From contig CACGGJ010000004.1 in NCBI GenBank assembly GCA_902572515.1, positions 2,933 through 66,932 on the forward strand: a DNA stretch of 64,000 nt. Reading direction: 5' to 3'. The notes beneath the pieces are model-generated. The model saw only the letters and a program-made list of their open reading frames with translations, ran no database searches and had not been told where the DNA came from. Of the stretch, positions 21,292 to 30,100 are shown one piece after another (within the stretch, counting starts at the first letter, position 1; each line of letters starts with the position of its first letter). Position numbers and translations under genes: made by a program. This DNA is from an uncultured Pelagibacteraceae bacterium (GTDB lineage Bacteria > Pseudomonadota > Alphaproteobacteria > Pelagibacterales > Pelagibacteraceae).

Positions 21292-22149
21292 ATGAAAAAT
21301 ATAGGTTTTATTGGTGTTGGATATATGGGCTATGGAATAGCTAAAAATATTTTAAAACATAAAAATAAGCTTTTTGTCATTGCTAATAAAAATAGAAAAC
21401 CAATTGAGAAAATTGTTAGCGATGGAGCTGAAGAAGTAAAATCTTTTGAAGATTTTTCTAGCAAAAATTTGGACGCAATGTTTATGTGTGTTACCAACAC
21501 TCCCATAGCAAAATCAATATCAGAAAAAATTTCTACGGTGTTAGATAGCAAAACTCTAATTATTGATATCACTACTCACAACAAAACTGGTTCAATGGAA
21601 ACTGAGGAAATATTCAACGCAAAAAAAATAAATTATGTTGAGTGCCCTGTAATGGGAGGACCTGTTCAAGCAGAGGAAGGTATTTTAGGAGGAATTGTTG
21701 GAGCATCCAATGATAACTTTAAAATTGCTGAACCATATTTTAATTTTTTCTGTAAAGAGTATTTTCATTTTGGACCTGTTGGCATGGGTGCAAAATCAAA
21801 GCTTTTAAATAATTTTTTATCTCTCGGAAATGCTGCTTTAGTCAATCATTTAGCTAAAAGTGCCAAAGAGATGGGTTTGGATTTAAAAAAAGTATTTGAT
21901 GTTGCAAAACTTGGTTCTGGAAATTCTGCAGCTTTGAACCGAGTTTTCGACAATCTATTAAAAGGAGATTTTACTGGTTTTAAATTTACCGCAAGTAATT
22001 CCGTAAAAGATTTAACTTATATTCAAGACTTATTAAAAGATTTTCCTGAAGCTGAAAAAGTTGCTGAAGTTAATAAAAATTATTTTCAAAAAGCTGTTGA
22101 TGACGGTTACGGTGAAAATTTTATTAGTGAATTAATAAATAAAAAATAA
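21292..22149 (+). CDS. Beta-hydroxyacid dehydrogenase family NAD(P)-dependent oxidoreductase
   Basis: GFIGVGYMG, ECPVMGGP, GMGAKSKLLNN. Confidence 0.8.
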   Translation: MKNIGFIGVGYMGYGIAKNILKHKNKLFVIANKNRKPIEKIVSDGAEEVKSFEDFSSKNLDAMFMCVTNTPIAKSISEKISTVLDSKTLIIDITTHNKTGSMETEEIFNAKKINYVECPVMGGPVQAEEGILGGIVGASNDNFKIAEPYFNFFCKEYFHFGPVGMGAKSKLLNNFLSLGNAALVNHLAKSAKEMGLDLKKVFDVAKLGSGNSAALNRVFDNLLKGDFTGFKFTASNSVKDLTYIQDLLKDFPEAEKVAEVNKNYFQKAVDDGYGENFISELINKK

Positions 22150-22283
22150 TTTAGGAAGAAACTTAAGTTACCGGGAATCTACTAAAGCACCAGGTTGTAT
22201 TCAATAAATATATTTGCTCAAAATTAAAATAAATTATTTGAAATTGTATAATTTATAATTACCTTTTTTATAGAAGGAGGTTT

Positions 22284-22313
22284 ATGTTAATACTTTCACC
22301 ACCTGATACTTAG
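22284..22313 (+). CDS. Putative 9-aa mini-ORF MLILSPPDT
   Basis: AGAAGGAGG SD just upstream of ATG 22284; TATAAT hexamers at 22247 and 22254; not in ORF track. Confidence 0.3.
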   Translation: MLILSPPDT

Positions 22314-22354
22314 CTGAACAGCTCATATTTCAAAAATATAACGAAAAATAAATT

Positions 22355-22427
22355 CCTCTCGGAATTATAATGCCAAAGAGGCGATACAAGGGAGCTCTTT
22401 AGGTATACACTTAAAGAGCGAACCCTT
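22355..22427 (+). ncRNA. Candidate structured RNA (two hairpins)
   Basis: CCTCT/AGAGG-closed hairpin, then AAGGG..GCTCTTTAGG-loop-CTTAAAGAGC..CCCTT hairpin; a G-U pair favours the + strand. Confidence 0.4.
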
Positions 22428-22433
22428 TAAAAA

Positions 22434-22961
22434 CTAATTTACAGATTTTAATATTTCTAGTGGAAGTGGAGCTTCTGGGTATTTTTTTTGACACAATTTT
22501 TCATAGTTTTCACAAAAACTCATGATAGTTTTTTTAACCTCTTTTTTATTTTTATTTGAGAGATTAAGGTCTTTAATTAATTCACTGCAATTTTTTTCTA
22601 ATTCTTTTATTTGCTCTCCTGAAAAAAATTCTCCTGTTTCTATTTCCCAATAAGTGTCTTCAAGCTCATCATCAGTTAAATCATTTAATTTTTTTTGTAA
22701 TAATTTAATAGTTTCGTCCTCTGTTGCTTTATCTCTCATAGGAGAATCTTTAAGGTTTCCAAGGCATTTATCTCTTAATCCATCAATAAAATGAAAATAA
22801 GGTTTACCCTCTGAAAAATCTCTAAAATGATTTGTGTTAAAATATTTATCAATGGCTGTTTCTGTTGAAACCTTTTCCTTACCCTTAATTATGGCTATTT
22901 GAACGTACACTTCTTGGCTAATATATTCTTCAATATGGTCTTTAACTTTTTGAGGTATCAT
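22434..22961 (-). CDS. Hypothetical protein (CExYExxC family, similar to 63439..63879)
   Basis: 175-aa ORF, no recognised domain. Confidence 0.7.
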   Translation of the reverse strand: MIPQKVKDHIEEYISQEVYVQIAIIKGKEKVSTETAIDKYFNTNHFRDFSEGKPYFHFIDGLRDKCLGNLKDSPMRDKATEDETIKLLQKKLNDLTDDELEDTYWEIETGEFFSGEQIKELEKNCSELIKDLNLSNKNKKEVKKTIMSFCENYEKLCQKKYPEAPLPLEILKSVN

Positions 22962-22974
22962 TCTAACTTGGTAA

Positions 22975-23442
22975 TTAATGTTCTTCTCTGTACCTGCTGT
23001 GACAAGCCTTACAATTACTCCACATAAATTGTTTCAGAGTACCTCTTATATCTTTGGCATCTTCAATTACAGATGTAAGTTTTATCATATCATCTGAGGC
23101 TTTTTGCATTAATGCATTGAAGTCATCTTTTTCATCCCAAATGGTTAGTAAAGCTTCAGTATCAAAACCCTCTTGAGTATTTTCAGGAAAGAGATCTATT
23201 AAAACTTTATAATTTTCACTCATTTCAATCATAAGTTTTTTTGCTTTTTCAAAGTCTCCTTTTGAAGAGAAAGCCTGAACCCTTTTAGCTGTGCTATAGT
23301 TTTTACTAAACAACGCTTGTCTACTTTTAATAATATCTTCAACTGTTAACTCAGCATTACTAGATGAGACGAAAAATATGCTTAAAATTGAGAATAAAAT
23401 TATTTTAATATATTTTTTTATGTGATTAAATAAAATATGCAT
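22975..23442 (-). CDS. Cytochrome c' (class II cytochrome c)
   Basis: Signal peptide, helical body, C-terminal CKACH..YR heme motif, IWDEKDDF. Confidence 0.85.
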   Translation of the reverse strand: MHILFNHIKKYIKIILFSILSIFFVSSSNAELTVEDIIKSRQALFSKNYSTAKRVQAFSSKGDFEKAKKLMIEMSENYKVLIDLFPENTQEGFDTEALLTIWDEKDDFNALMQKASDDMIKLTSVIEDAKDIRGTLKQFMWSNCKACHSRYREEH

Positions 23443-23964
23443 GTAACAAATACCTTAACAGAGTATGGAATTATATCAAAAGCGTTACATTGGCTCAGCG
23501 CAATTATTCTTTTTATACAAATACCTTTAGGGTTCTATCTAGTGGATTTAGATTTTGGTGATCAAAGAATAACCATTGAAGATATACACGTTACGCTAGG
23601 TTTAACTGTTTTTTATATAATAATAATAAGGTTAATAAATAATATACTTAATCCAACTCCAAAATTGGATCCAAGTATTTTTAAAGGACAAAGGTTTTTA
23701 GCAAAAATGAACCATGTACTTTTATATATTGCTATTTTATCAATAACAATTTCAGGAATATTAAAAAAATTATTTAATGGGGAAACATTAACAATATTAT
23801 TTAGAGAAATTCAAATTAATGAAAATTTTGATTTAGCAGATAAGTTTTATGAAATTCATATTCTTTCAAATTATACTCTTATCGGTTTAATAGTGCTTCA
23901 TATATCTGCTGTTATTGTTCACAAACTATTTTTTGGGGACAATTTATTAAAGAGAATTCTTTAA
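23437..23964 (+). CDS. Cytochrome b561 (CybB/YceJ-like)
   Basis: 4 TM with heme His: LHWLSA, IHVTLG, NHVLLY, EIH..LHISA. Confidence 0.85.
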   Translation: MHVTNTLTEYGIISKALHWLSAIILFIQIPLGFYLVDLDFGDQRITIEDIHVTLGLTVFYIIIIRLINNILNPTPKLDPSIFKGQRFLAKMNHVLLYIAILSITISGILKKLFNGETLTILFREIQINENFDLADKFYEIHILSNYTLIGLIVLHISAVIVHKLFFGDNLLKRIL

Positions 23965-23966
23965 TC

Positions 23967-24404
23967 TTAATGACAAGCAATTCCAAATTTTTTTAATCTC
24001 CAATAATTATAAGGCCAAGGAGTTAAAAAACCTACAATCAGCATTATTGGTACCACCCACCATGTTAAAATTGCGCCTCCAGTTAAAACATAGTCTGTTA
24101 AATTCATCATGATTTCCATGCTAATCATAGAAATTAAACTCATACCACAAGCTGTTTTGAATGCGTTAACAAAATTAAAATTTTGTGTCATTAAAATTAT
24201 TGTTTCTAAAATAATACTTGTGATCAATCCATTGATGATTGCTAAAATCATTATTCCTAAAATTGGAAAAGGAATTTGAGTTAATTGAAAGAATAATATT
24301 GTTCCAAAGTCTCCAATAGCACAACCAAGTACACACCAAGCTGTATTTTTTGCACTTCTTTTCCAAGTATGTCTACAAGACCAATGAAATGTAGAGGTAT
24401 TCAT
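23967..24404 (-). CDS. DUF4396 family membrane protein
   Basis: TAWCVLGCAIGD, MISMEIMMN, GFLTPWPYNYW. Confidence 0.75.
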   Translation of the reverse strand: MNTSTFHWSCRHTWKRSAKNTAWCVLGCAIGDFGTILFFQLTQIPFPILGIMILAIINGLITSIILETIILMTQNFNFVNAFKTACGMSLISMISMEIMMNLTDYVLTGGAILTWWVVPIMLIVGFLTPWPYNYWRLKKFGIACH

Positions 24405-24426
24405 TATAATTTGATATTAATAATAA

Positions 24427-25110
24427 ATGATTTTTAGGCAAGTATTCGATAATAAATCGTCGACATACACTTATTTAATTGCATCGGCAAAAGGTCGCGA
24501 GGCAGTCATAATTGATCCAGTAATTGAGAATGTTGAAAGCTACATTAAGTTACTTCAAGAATTAGATTTAAAACTAGTTAAGGTAATAGATACTCATATT
24601 CATGCTGATCATGTAACTGGTGCAAGTAAACTAAAGCAGGTAACAAATTGCTCTACACTTATGGGAGAACACACACCTGCTGATGCTGTTGAAATTAAAG
24701 TAAAAGATGATGAAATAATAAAAATTGACCAAATAGAAATCAAAGCCATGTATACACCTGGTCATACCTCTGACAGTTATAGTTTCTTAATGAAGAACTA
24801 TTTATTTTCAGGAGATACTCTTTTAATTAATGGCACCGGTAGAACAGATTTTCAAAACGGAAGTTCAAAAGATGCTTATAATTCAATCTTTAATAGATTG
24901 TTAAAATTACCTGAGGACACCATTTTATATCCTGGTCATGATTATAACGGCAAAGAATCTAGTACAATTGGTAATGAAAAAAAATTTAACCCAAGATTGC
25001 AGGTTAAAAATGTTGATGAATATGTTGAGCTTATGTCAAATCTTAATTTAGCAAAACCACAATTAATAGATATCAATGTAAGTAGAAATATTAAGTTAGG
25101 TGCTAACTAA
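24427..25110 (+). CDS. Persulfide dioxygenase (ETHE1-like MBL-fold)
   Basis: FRQVFD..SSTYTY, THIHADHVTG, TPGHT, GRTDFQ, YPGHDYNG, EKKFNPRL. Confidence 0.85.
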   Translation: MIFRQVFDNKSSTYTYLIASAKGREAVIIDPVIENVESYIKLLQELDLKLVKVIDTHIHADHVTGASKLKQVTNCSTLMGEHTPADAVEIKVKDDEIIKIDQIEIKAMYTPGHTSDSYSFLMKNYLFSGDTLLINGTGRTDFQNGSSKDAYNSIFNRLLKLPEDTILYPGHDYNGKESSTIGNEKKFNPRLQVKNVDEYVELMSNLNLAKPQLIDINVSRNIKLGAN

Positions 25111-25420
25111 AGACAAAAAATATTAAAAACCAATAAGAAACTAATCCAGCTGAAATTGTTGCAATAATATTTTTTGAAAAATAACCTACAATTACAGCAA
25201 CTAATGCTCCAAATATTTTAGGATCATTCATTTCTATAAAAGTTCCAAAATCATTTATAAATATTCCTGGAAATATTATTGCTGGGAATACTGCAGAAGG
25301 AACATATTCCAACACTGCTTTAATTTTATCTCCCAGCATATCTCTACTTATTAAAGCGATCATAGTCATTCTAGTAAAGTAAGTTAATATTCCAGCAAAA
25401 ATTATTGCAGTAAGGGTCAT
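25103..25420 (-). CDS. azlD: AzlD family branched-chain amino acid export subunit
   Basis: Small TM protein (TYFTR, LEYVPSAV) translationally coupled to azlC. Confidence 0.75.
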   Translation of the reverse strand: MTLTAIIFAGILTYFTRMTMIALISRDMLGDKIKAVLEYVPSAVFPAIIFPGIFINDFGTFIEMNDPKIFGALVAVIVGYFSKNIIATISAGLVSYWFLIFFVFS

Positions 25421-26103
25421 TTTTTTAACCTCAACAATAGTGCAGCTACAAATAAAGCAATTATCGGTGAAATAATTATGTAAGATTTAAATGGAGCGTC
25501 AAAAAATAACAGTGAACTTAAACCACAAGTAATCATTACAATCACGTGATCTAATTTTTTTAAATCCTGAACAACAATTGCTATAAATGTCAGAGGAATT
25601 GCAAATTTTAATCCAAGTTCTTCTGGAACAAATGAACCTAAAACAATACCTGATAAAGTTGCTATCTGCCAACAAACCCACATTGTACAACCAGTACCAA
25701 TTAAATGATAATGTAAAAATTCTTCACTTCTATTTTTTTTGAAAAACTTATTAGACTCAGCAAACCCTTGATCTACAACAACATAAGAAATTAATAATTT
25801 TTTTATAAAAGATAATTTTTCTAAATATTCAGATAAAACAGCTCCATATAATAAATGTCTGGAATTTATAATTCCAACAGATGCAACTGCTACTAAACTA
25901 GATGCGCCTCCTGATAACAACTGTAAAAAAACTATTTGTGAAGCACCTCCAAAAATAATGAAAGACATTGCGTAAACTAAATATGGGTGAAATCCAAGTT
26001 CAACACCGATTGCTCCACAAATTATTCCAAATGGAATTACTGAGAGCATATGTGGAGAAATATCCAACATCCCTCGAGTAAATAATTGTTTTTTACTAAG
26101 CAT
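25417..26103 (-). CDS. azlC: AzlC family permease
   Basis: PFGIICG, FGGASQ, NSRHLLYG, GLKFAIP. Confidence 0.85.
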   Translation of the reverse strand: MLSKKQLFTRGMLDISPHMLSVIPFGIICGAIGVELGFHPYLVYAMSFIIFGGASQIVFLQLLSGGASSLVAVASVGIINSRHLLYGAVLSEYLEKLSFIKKLLISYVVVDQGFAESNKFFKKNRSEEFLHYHLIGTGCTMWVCWQIATLSGIVLGSFVPEELGLKFAIPLTFIAIVVQDLKKLDHVIVMITCGLSSLLFFDAPFKSYIIISPIIALFVAALLLRLKK

Positions 26104-26115
26104 TTGCTTGTTTTA

Positions 26116-27177
26116 TTAAAAACAAACTATGTGATCAATATGAATCGGTCTTTTAATTCCAAACTTTTCGTCAGCTTCATGTTGATGTTCATGATGGGAA
26201 TGAACAAAAACTGGAATTAATAAATCGCTATTGGTTTTTAAAGTATAGATAAAGTTTGTTCCTCTAAATTTTCTATCAACTACCTCTAATTTTAGATTAC
26301 TTTTATCGTCATGCTCAAGATCCTCTGGTTGTAATAATAATTGCACATTTGATCCTTTTGGATAATGCTTAATAAAATTCCCATTAATTGTTCCAAGATC
26401 GTCATTTTCTAATGAATTTTCTCCAGTTACTTTTGCTGGAATTAAAATTCCACGATTTAAAAAATTTACTACTTCTACTGAGTTTGGAAAATGATAGACA
26501 TTATAAGGATCGTCAAACTGTTTTATTTGACCATCTAATATAATTGCGCATTTATGACCTAAATAAAAAGCTTCATAAGAGTCATGAGTAACGATTATTG
26601 TTGTAATTTTTAATTTACTTAAAATTTTTTTTAATTTTACTTGAATTTCTTCTTTAAAACTTTGATCTACATTAGATAACGGTTCATCTAAAAGCAAAAG
26701 GTCAGGCTGTGTTAATAGCGATCTTGCAAGTGATGCTCTTTGTGCCTCCCCTGCACTAATTTCATGAGGAAATTTTGGTAATATTTTTTCTATATCAAGA
26801 AAATCTATAATCTCTTTAAAACTAAGTTTTTTCTTTCTTTTTCCTTTATTTCTCTCAGCGCCTAATAAAATATTTTTTTCAACTGTGTAATGAGGAAATA
26901 AACTGTTGTCCTGAAAAGCTAAAGATATGTTTCTATCTTCAGGTTCTACATTTTGATCTTTAGACGATAATAATTTTCCGTTTAATTTTATTGAACCTTT
27001 ATCAATTATTTCTAAACCAGCTATAGTTCTTAGTATTGTGGTTTTACCTATTCCAGATGGACCAAGAATACATAAAGTATCACCTTCATTTTCAATCGCA
27101 AAAGATGCGTTCTTAACTTTAATCTTTCCACCTATAGTGAAATCAACATTTTTAATCTCTAAATAACTATCGCTCAT
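26116..27177 (-). CDS. fbpC: Fe3+ ABC transporter ATP-binding subunit
   Basis: Walker A GPSGIGKT, FQDNSLFPH, ISAGEAQR, LLLDEP; operon context. Confidence 0.85.
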   Translation of the reverse strand: MSDSYLEIKNVDFTIGGKIKVKNASFAIENEGDTLCILGPSGIGKTTILRTIAGLEIIDKGSIKLNGKLLSSKDQNVEPEDRNISLAFQDNSLFPHYTVEKNILLGAERNKGKRKKKLSFKEIIDFLDIEKILPKFPHEISAGEAQRASLARSLLTQPDLLLLDEPLSNVDQSFKEEIQVKLKKILSKLKITTIIVTHDSYEAFYLGHKCAIILDGQIKQFDDPYNVYHFPNSVEVVNFLNRGILIPAKVTGENSLENDDLGTINGNFIKHYPKGSNVQLLLQPEDLEHDDKSNLKLEVVDRKFRGTNFIYTLKTNSDLLIPVFVHSHHEHQHEADEKFGIKRPIHIDHIVCF

Positions 27178-28795
27178 TTTCCCTCAGTATATATTTAGAT
27201 GTAAGCATTATAAATAGAGTTGCAATCAAAATTAAAAATAATGAAGGAACAGCTGCAGCTTCTAATAAGTCTTCTGAAGCAGATATATAAGCTGTAGTTG
27301 CAAATGTTTCAAAATTAAAAGGTCTTAAAATCAAAGTGATTGGCAATTCTCTTATTATTTCTAAAGAAATTAGTATTCCAACAAATAAAAGAGAGTTTCT
27401 TAAGAAAGGTAAATGAATATTCATGAAAGTTTTCTTTTTAGAGTAACCAAGTAAATATGAACTTTCATCAACGGAAATATTTATTTTCTCATAACCAGAT
27501 TTTATTCCGTTAAAAGCTAAAGAGTAGAATCTTACAAAATAAACTAGGACAAGTCCTAGAATAGAACCAATAAAAATTTTTTTAATAGATAAAAAACCAA
27601 GTGCTTTTACAACATTGTCATCAAACCAAGCAATAAAAGTTATAAATGCTACCGCTAAAATTACTCCAGGAATTGCATAACCAGAAATGGATAAAGTAGA
27701 CAAAGTGTTTAAAGTTTTATTTTTTGACACTCTATTTCCATAATTAGAAATTAAAGAAAAAATTATTAAAACTAAGCTTGATAATAACACCAGGTACAAA
27801 GTATTTAATGTTAAAGTTACAACTGGAATATCAAAAAGATTTTCAGGAAATTTTAATGTCCAATAAAGCATTTGACTTAGTGGAAATAAAAAACTTAGGA
27901 AAAAAACTAAGAAGCAAATTGAGAAAGCAAAAAATGCTTTAGCTCCTGATAGTTGGATTTTTTCTTTTTGTTTAAATCCTCCTTTAGTATTAGCGTGATA
28001 CCTTGCCTTCTTTCTAGATAAATTTTCTAAAATAAATATTGCAAAAATGAATAGAAGAAGAAAAAAAGATATCCTGTTTGAGAAAGCTAAGTCATCAAAT
28101 GTAATCCAAGAATTGTAAATACCTGTTGTTAAAGTATTTATAGAAAAGAAATCAACTGCCCCAAATTCGGCTAAAGTCTCCATCGCAACTAGAGAAAGGC
28201 CTGCAACAATAGCTGGTCTAGCGGCAGGTAAGATTAAAGAATAAAAGGATTTTGCTTTTGAAAATCCTAAATTTCTACCTAAATCAATTAAATTTTGAGA
28301 TTGATACTGGAATGATGCTCTGGAGAGAATATAAACATAAGCAAATAGTGAAAAAGATAGGGAAAGTACAGCTCCTATTAGACCATCAAACTTTGGAATG
28401 CTTTGATTATAATTCGCCTCTCCAAATAGATTTTTCAATATCGAATATAAAGTTCCATAATTTTCAAAGAAAGCTGTCAATGAATATGCGTAAATATAGG
28501 GAGGTACAGCAAAAGATAATATAAGTGCCCATTTATAAAAATTACTAAAGGGAAATTTGTAAAAAGAAACTAAATAAGCCGTACTGGTTCCAATTAAAAA
28601 AGTTAAAACTAAAACACTAATCAGCAAAACTAGTGAATTAAAAATGTATTCAAATAAAAAGGTATCTTTTAGAATTTGATAATAATTTGATGTATCTTCA
28701 AAAAAACTAGTAAATACAGTAACAATTGGTATAGCTACAAAAATTGACACCAATAAAGAGCTTAAAAACCAAAAATTAATTTTTTTTAAATACAT
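27167..28795 (-). CDS. fbpB: Fe3+ ABC transporter permease
   Basis: Duplicated permease; ARPAIVAGLSLVAMETLAEFG, RELPITLILRPFNFET; ATG at 28795 preferred over TTG at 28813. Confidence 0.9.
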   Translation of the reverse strand: MYLKKINFWFLSSLLVSIFVAIPIVTVFTSFFEDTSNYYQILKDTFLFEYIFNSLVLLISVLVLTFLIGTSTAYLVSFYKFPFSNFYKWALILSFAVPPYIYAYSLTAFFENYGTLYSILKNLFGEANYNQSIPKFDGLIGAVLSLSFSLFAYVYILSRASFQYQSQNLIDLGRNLGFSKAKSFYSLILPAARPAIVAGLSLVAMETLAEFGAVDFFSINTLTTGIYNSWITFDDLAFSNRISFFLLLFIFAIFILENLSRKKARYHANTKGGFKQKEKIQLSGAKAFFAFSICFLVFFLSFLFPLSQMLYWTLKFPENLFDIPVVTLTLNTLYLVLLSSLVLIIFSLISNYGNRVSKNKTLNTLSTLSISGYAIPGVILAVAFITFIAWFDDNVVKALGFLSIKKIFIGSILGLVLVYFVRFYSLAFNGIKSGYEKINISVDESSYLLGYSKKKTFMNIHLPFLRNSLLFVGILISLEIIRELPITLILRPFNFETFATTAYISASEDLLEAAAVPSLFLILIATLFIMLTSKYILRENER

Positions 28796-28811
28796 TTTTA
28801 CCCTTTTGTTC

Positions 28812-28862
28812 AAGTGAACATAATCAATAGTAGGGTAAATAACTATTGAGTTATGTTCACTT
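28812..28862 (-). promoter_or_regulatory. Long intergenic hairpin whose loop is complementary to the fbpB RBS
   Basis: 20-bp stem with one bulge (28812-28831 / 28842-28862); minus-strand loop UAUUUACCCU. Confidence 0.7.
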
Positions 28863-28870
28863 TTTGAAAA

Positions 28871-29065
28871 TTAACTTTTTAAATCAAAAACATTAATGAC
28901 ACGATCAATATCATCATTTCCGATCTCAGATAATTTTCTATTATTTATTTTTTTTTTAATTTTTTCACATTGTGACAAGCATGGCTCACAAGTTATCTGA
29001 CCCTCTAGAGAACCATTATTGCCTGGAGAAATGTCTAAATTAAAATTAAATAAATTCTTTCTCAT
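28871..29065 (-). CDS. Small hypothetical protein with CxxCxxxC, inside the iron operon
   Basis: 64-aa ORF starting 6 nt after the fbpA stop; TCEPCLSQC. Confidence 0.6.
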   Translation of the reverse strand: MRKNLFNFNLDISPGNNGSLEGQITCEPCLSQCEKIKKKINNRKLSEIGNDDIDRVINVFDLKS

Positions 29066-29071
29066 TTGCCC

Positions 29072-30100
29072 TTACTTCCATCCAGCAGCTGTCATTACCT
29101 CTAATGCAGCAGCTTGATTTTTTCCGTAGCTTGAAACTTTAGTTGTTAAATCTTGTTTAAAGTCTAATCCTAAATTATTCACTACTAACGGATTTGGAGA
29201 TACCCCAGCTATCATTGGAAACTCAAAAGTATTATTTGTAAAATGTTCCTGAGCCTCTGGTGATAATAAAAAGTCAACAAGAGCGATAGCGTTTGCCTTA
29301 TTAGGAGCTCCTTTTACTAAAGCTGCACAACTTATATTCATGTGTGTTCCTCTATCATTTTGATTAGGAAAAAATGCCTTAACTTTTTTAGCAGCCGCTT
29401 GTTGTTCTGCTCCTTTATTACCAGATAGCATAAGTGCCAAGTAATAAGTATTTGCTACAGCAATATCGGCTTCTCCAGCTGCAACTGCCATAATTTGAGC
29501 TCTGTCATTTCCTTTTGGTGTTCTTGCCATGTTAGAAACAACTCCTTTAGACCATTCAGCAGCAGCTTTCTTTCCATTATTTTCAATTAATGAAGCTACA
29601 AGTGACTTGTTATAAATGTTACTTGATTTTCTAATTACTAATCTACCTTTCCATTTTGGATCAGCTAGACCTTCATATGTTAATCCTGATAATTCAGCAC
29701 CACTAACTCTTTCTGGTGAGTAGTAAATTATTCTTGCTCTTTTTGCTACTCCTACCCAGTGTGTAGTTCTAAAATTTTTTGGAACAGAAGATTTAATTGT
29801 TGGAGACACCAAACCACTTTGAGTCATTCCTTTAGCTTTGAAAGCTCCACATCTTCCAGCATCAGCAGTGATATAAAGATCAGCTGAAGAGTCAGCCCCT
29901 TCTTCAATCATTCTTTTTTCTAATGCACTAGCCTTTCCATTAATCAGGTTTACTTTAATTCCAGTTTTGTTGGTAAATTTGCTATAAAGCTCATTATCTG
30001 CCTTGTAATGTCTTGCATTGAAGATATTTACTTCATTTGCAGCTGCAAAAGACGAGATTATTAAAGAAACAAATAAACTTATTATTGTTACTTTTTTCAT
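29072..30100 (-). CDS. fbpA: Fe3+ ABC transporter periplasmic binding protein (FutA/FbpA; called SfuC in Pelagibacter literature)
   Basis: Signal peptide, ARHY, KRARIIYY, SSNIYN, GNDRAQI, NTYY iron-ligand tyrosines, EFP. Confidence 0.92.
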   Translation of the reverse strand: MKKVTIISLFVSLIISSFAAANEVNIFNARHYKADNELYSKFTNKTGIKVNLINGKASALEKRMIEEGADSSADLYITADAGRCGAFKAKGMTQSGLVSPTIKSSVPKNFRTTHWVGVAKRARIIYYSPERVSGAELSGLTYEGLADPKWKGRLVIRKSSNIYNKSLVASLIENNGKKAAAEWSKGVVSNMARTPKGNDRAQIMAVAAGEADIAVANTYYLALMLSGNKGAEQQAAAKKVKAFFPNQNDRGTHMNISCAALVKGAPNKANAIALVDFLLSPEAQEHFTNNTFEFPMIAGVSPNPLVVNNLGLDFKQDLTTKVSSYGKNQAAALEVMTAAGWK

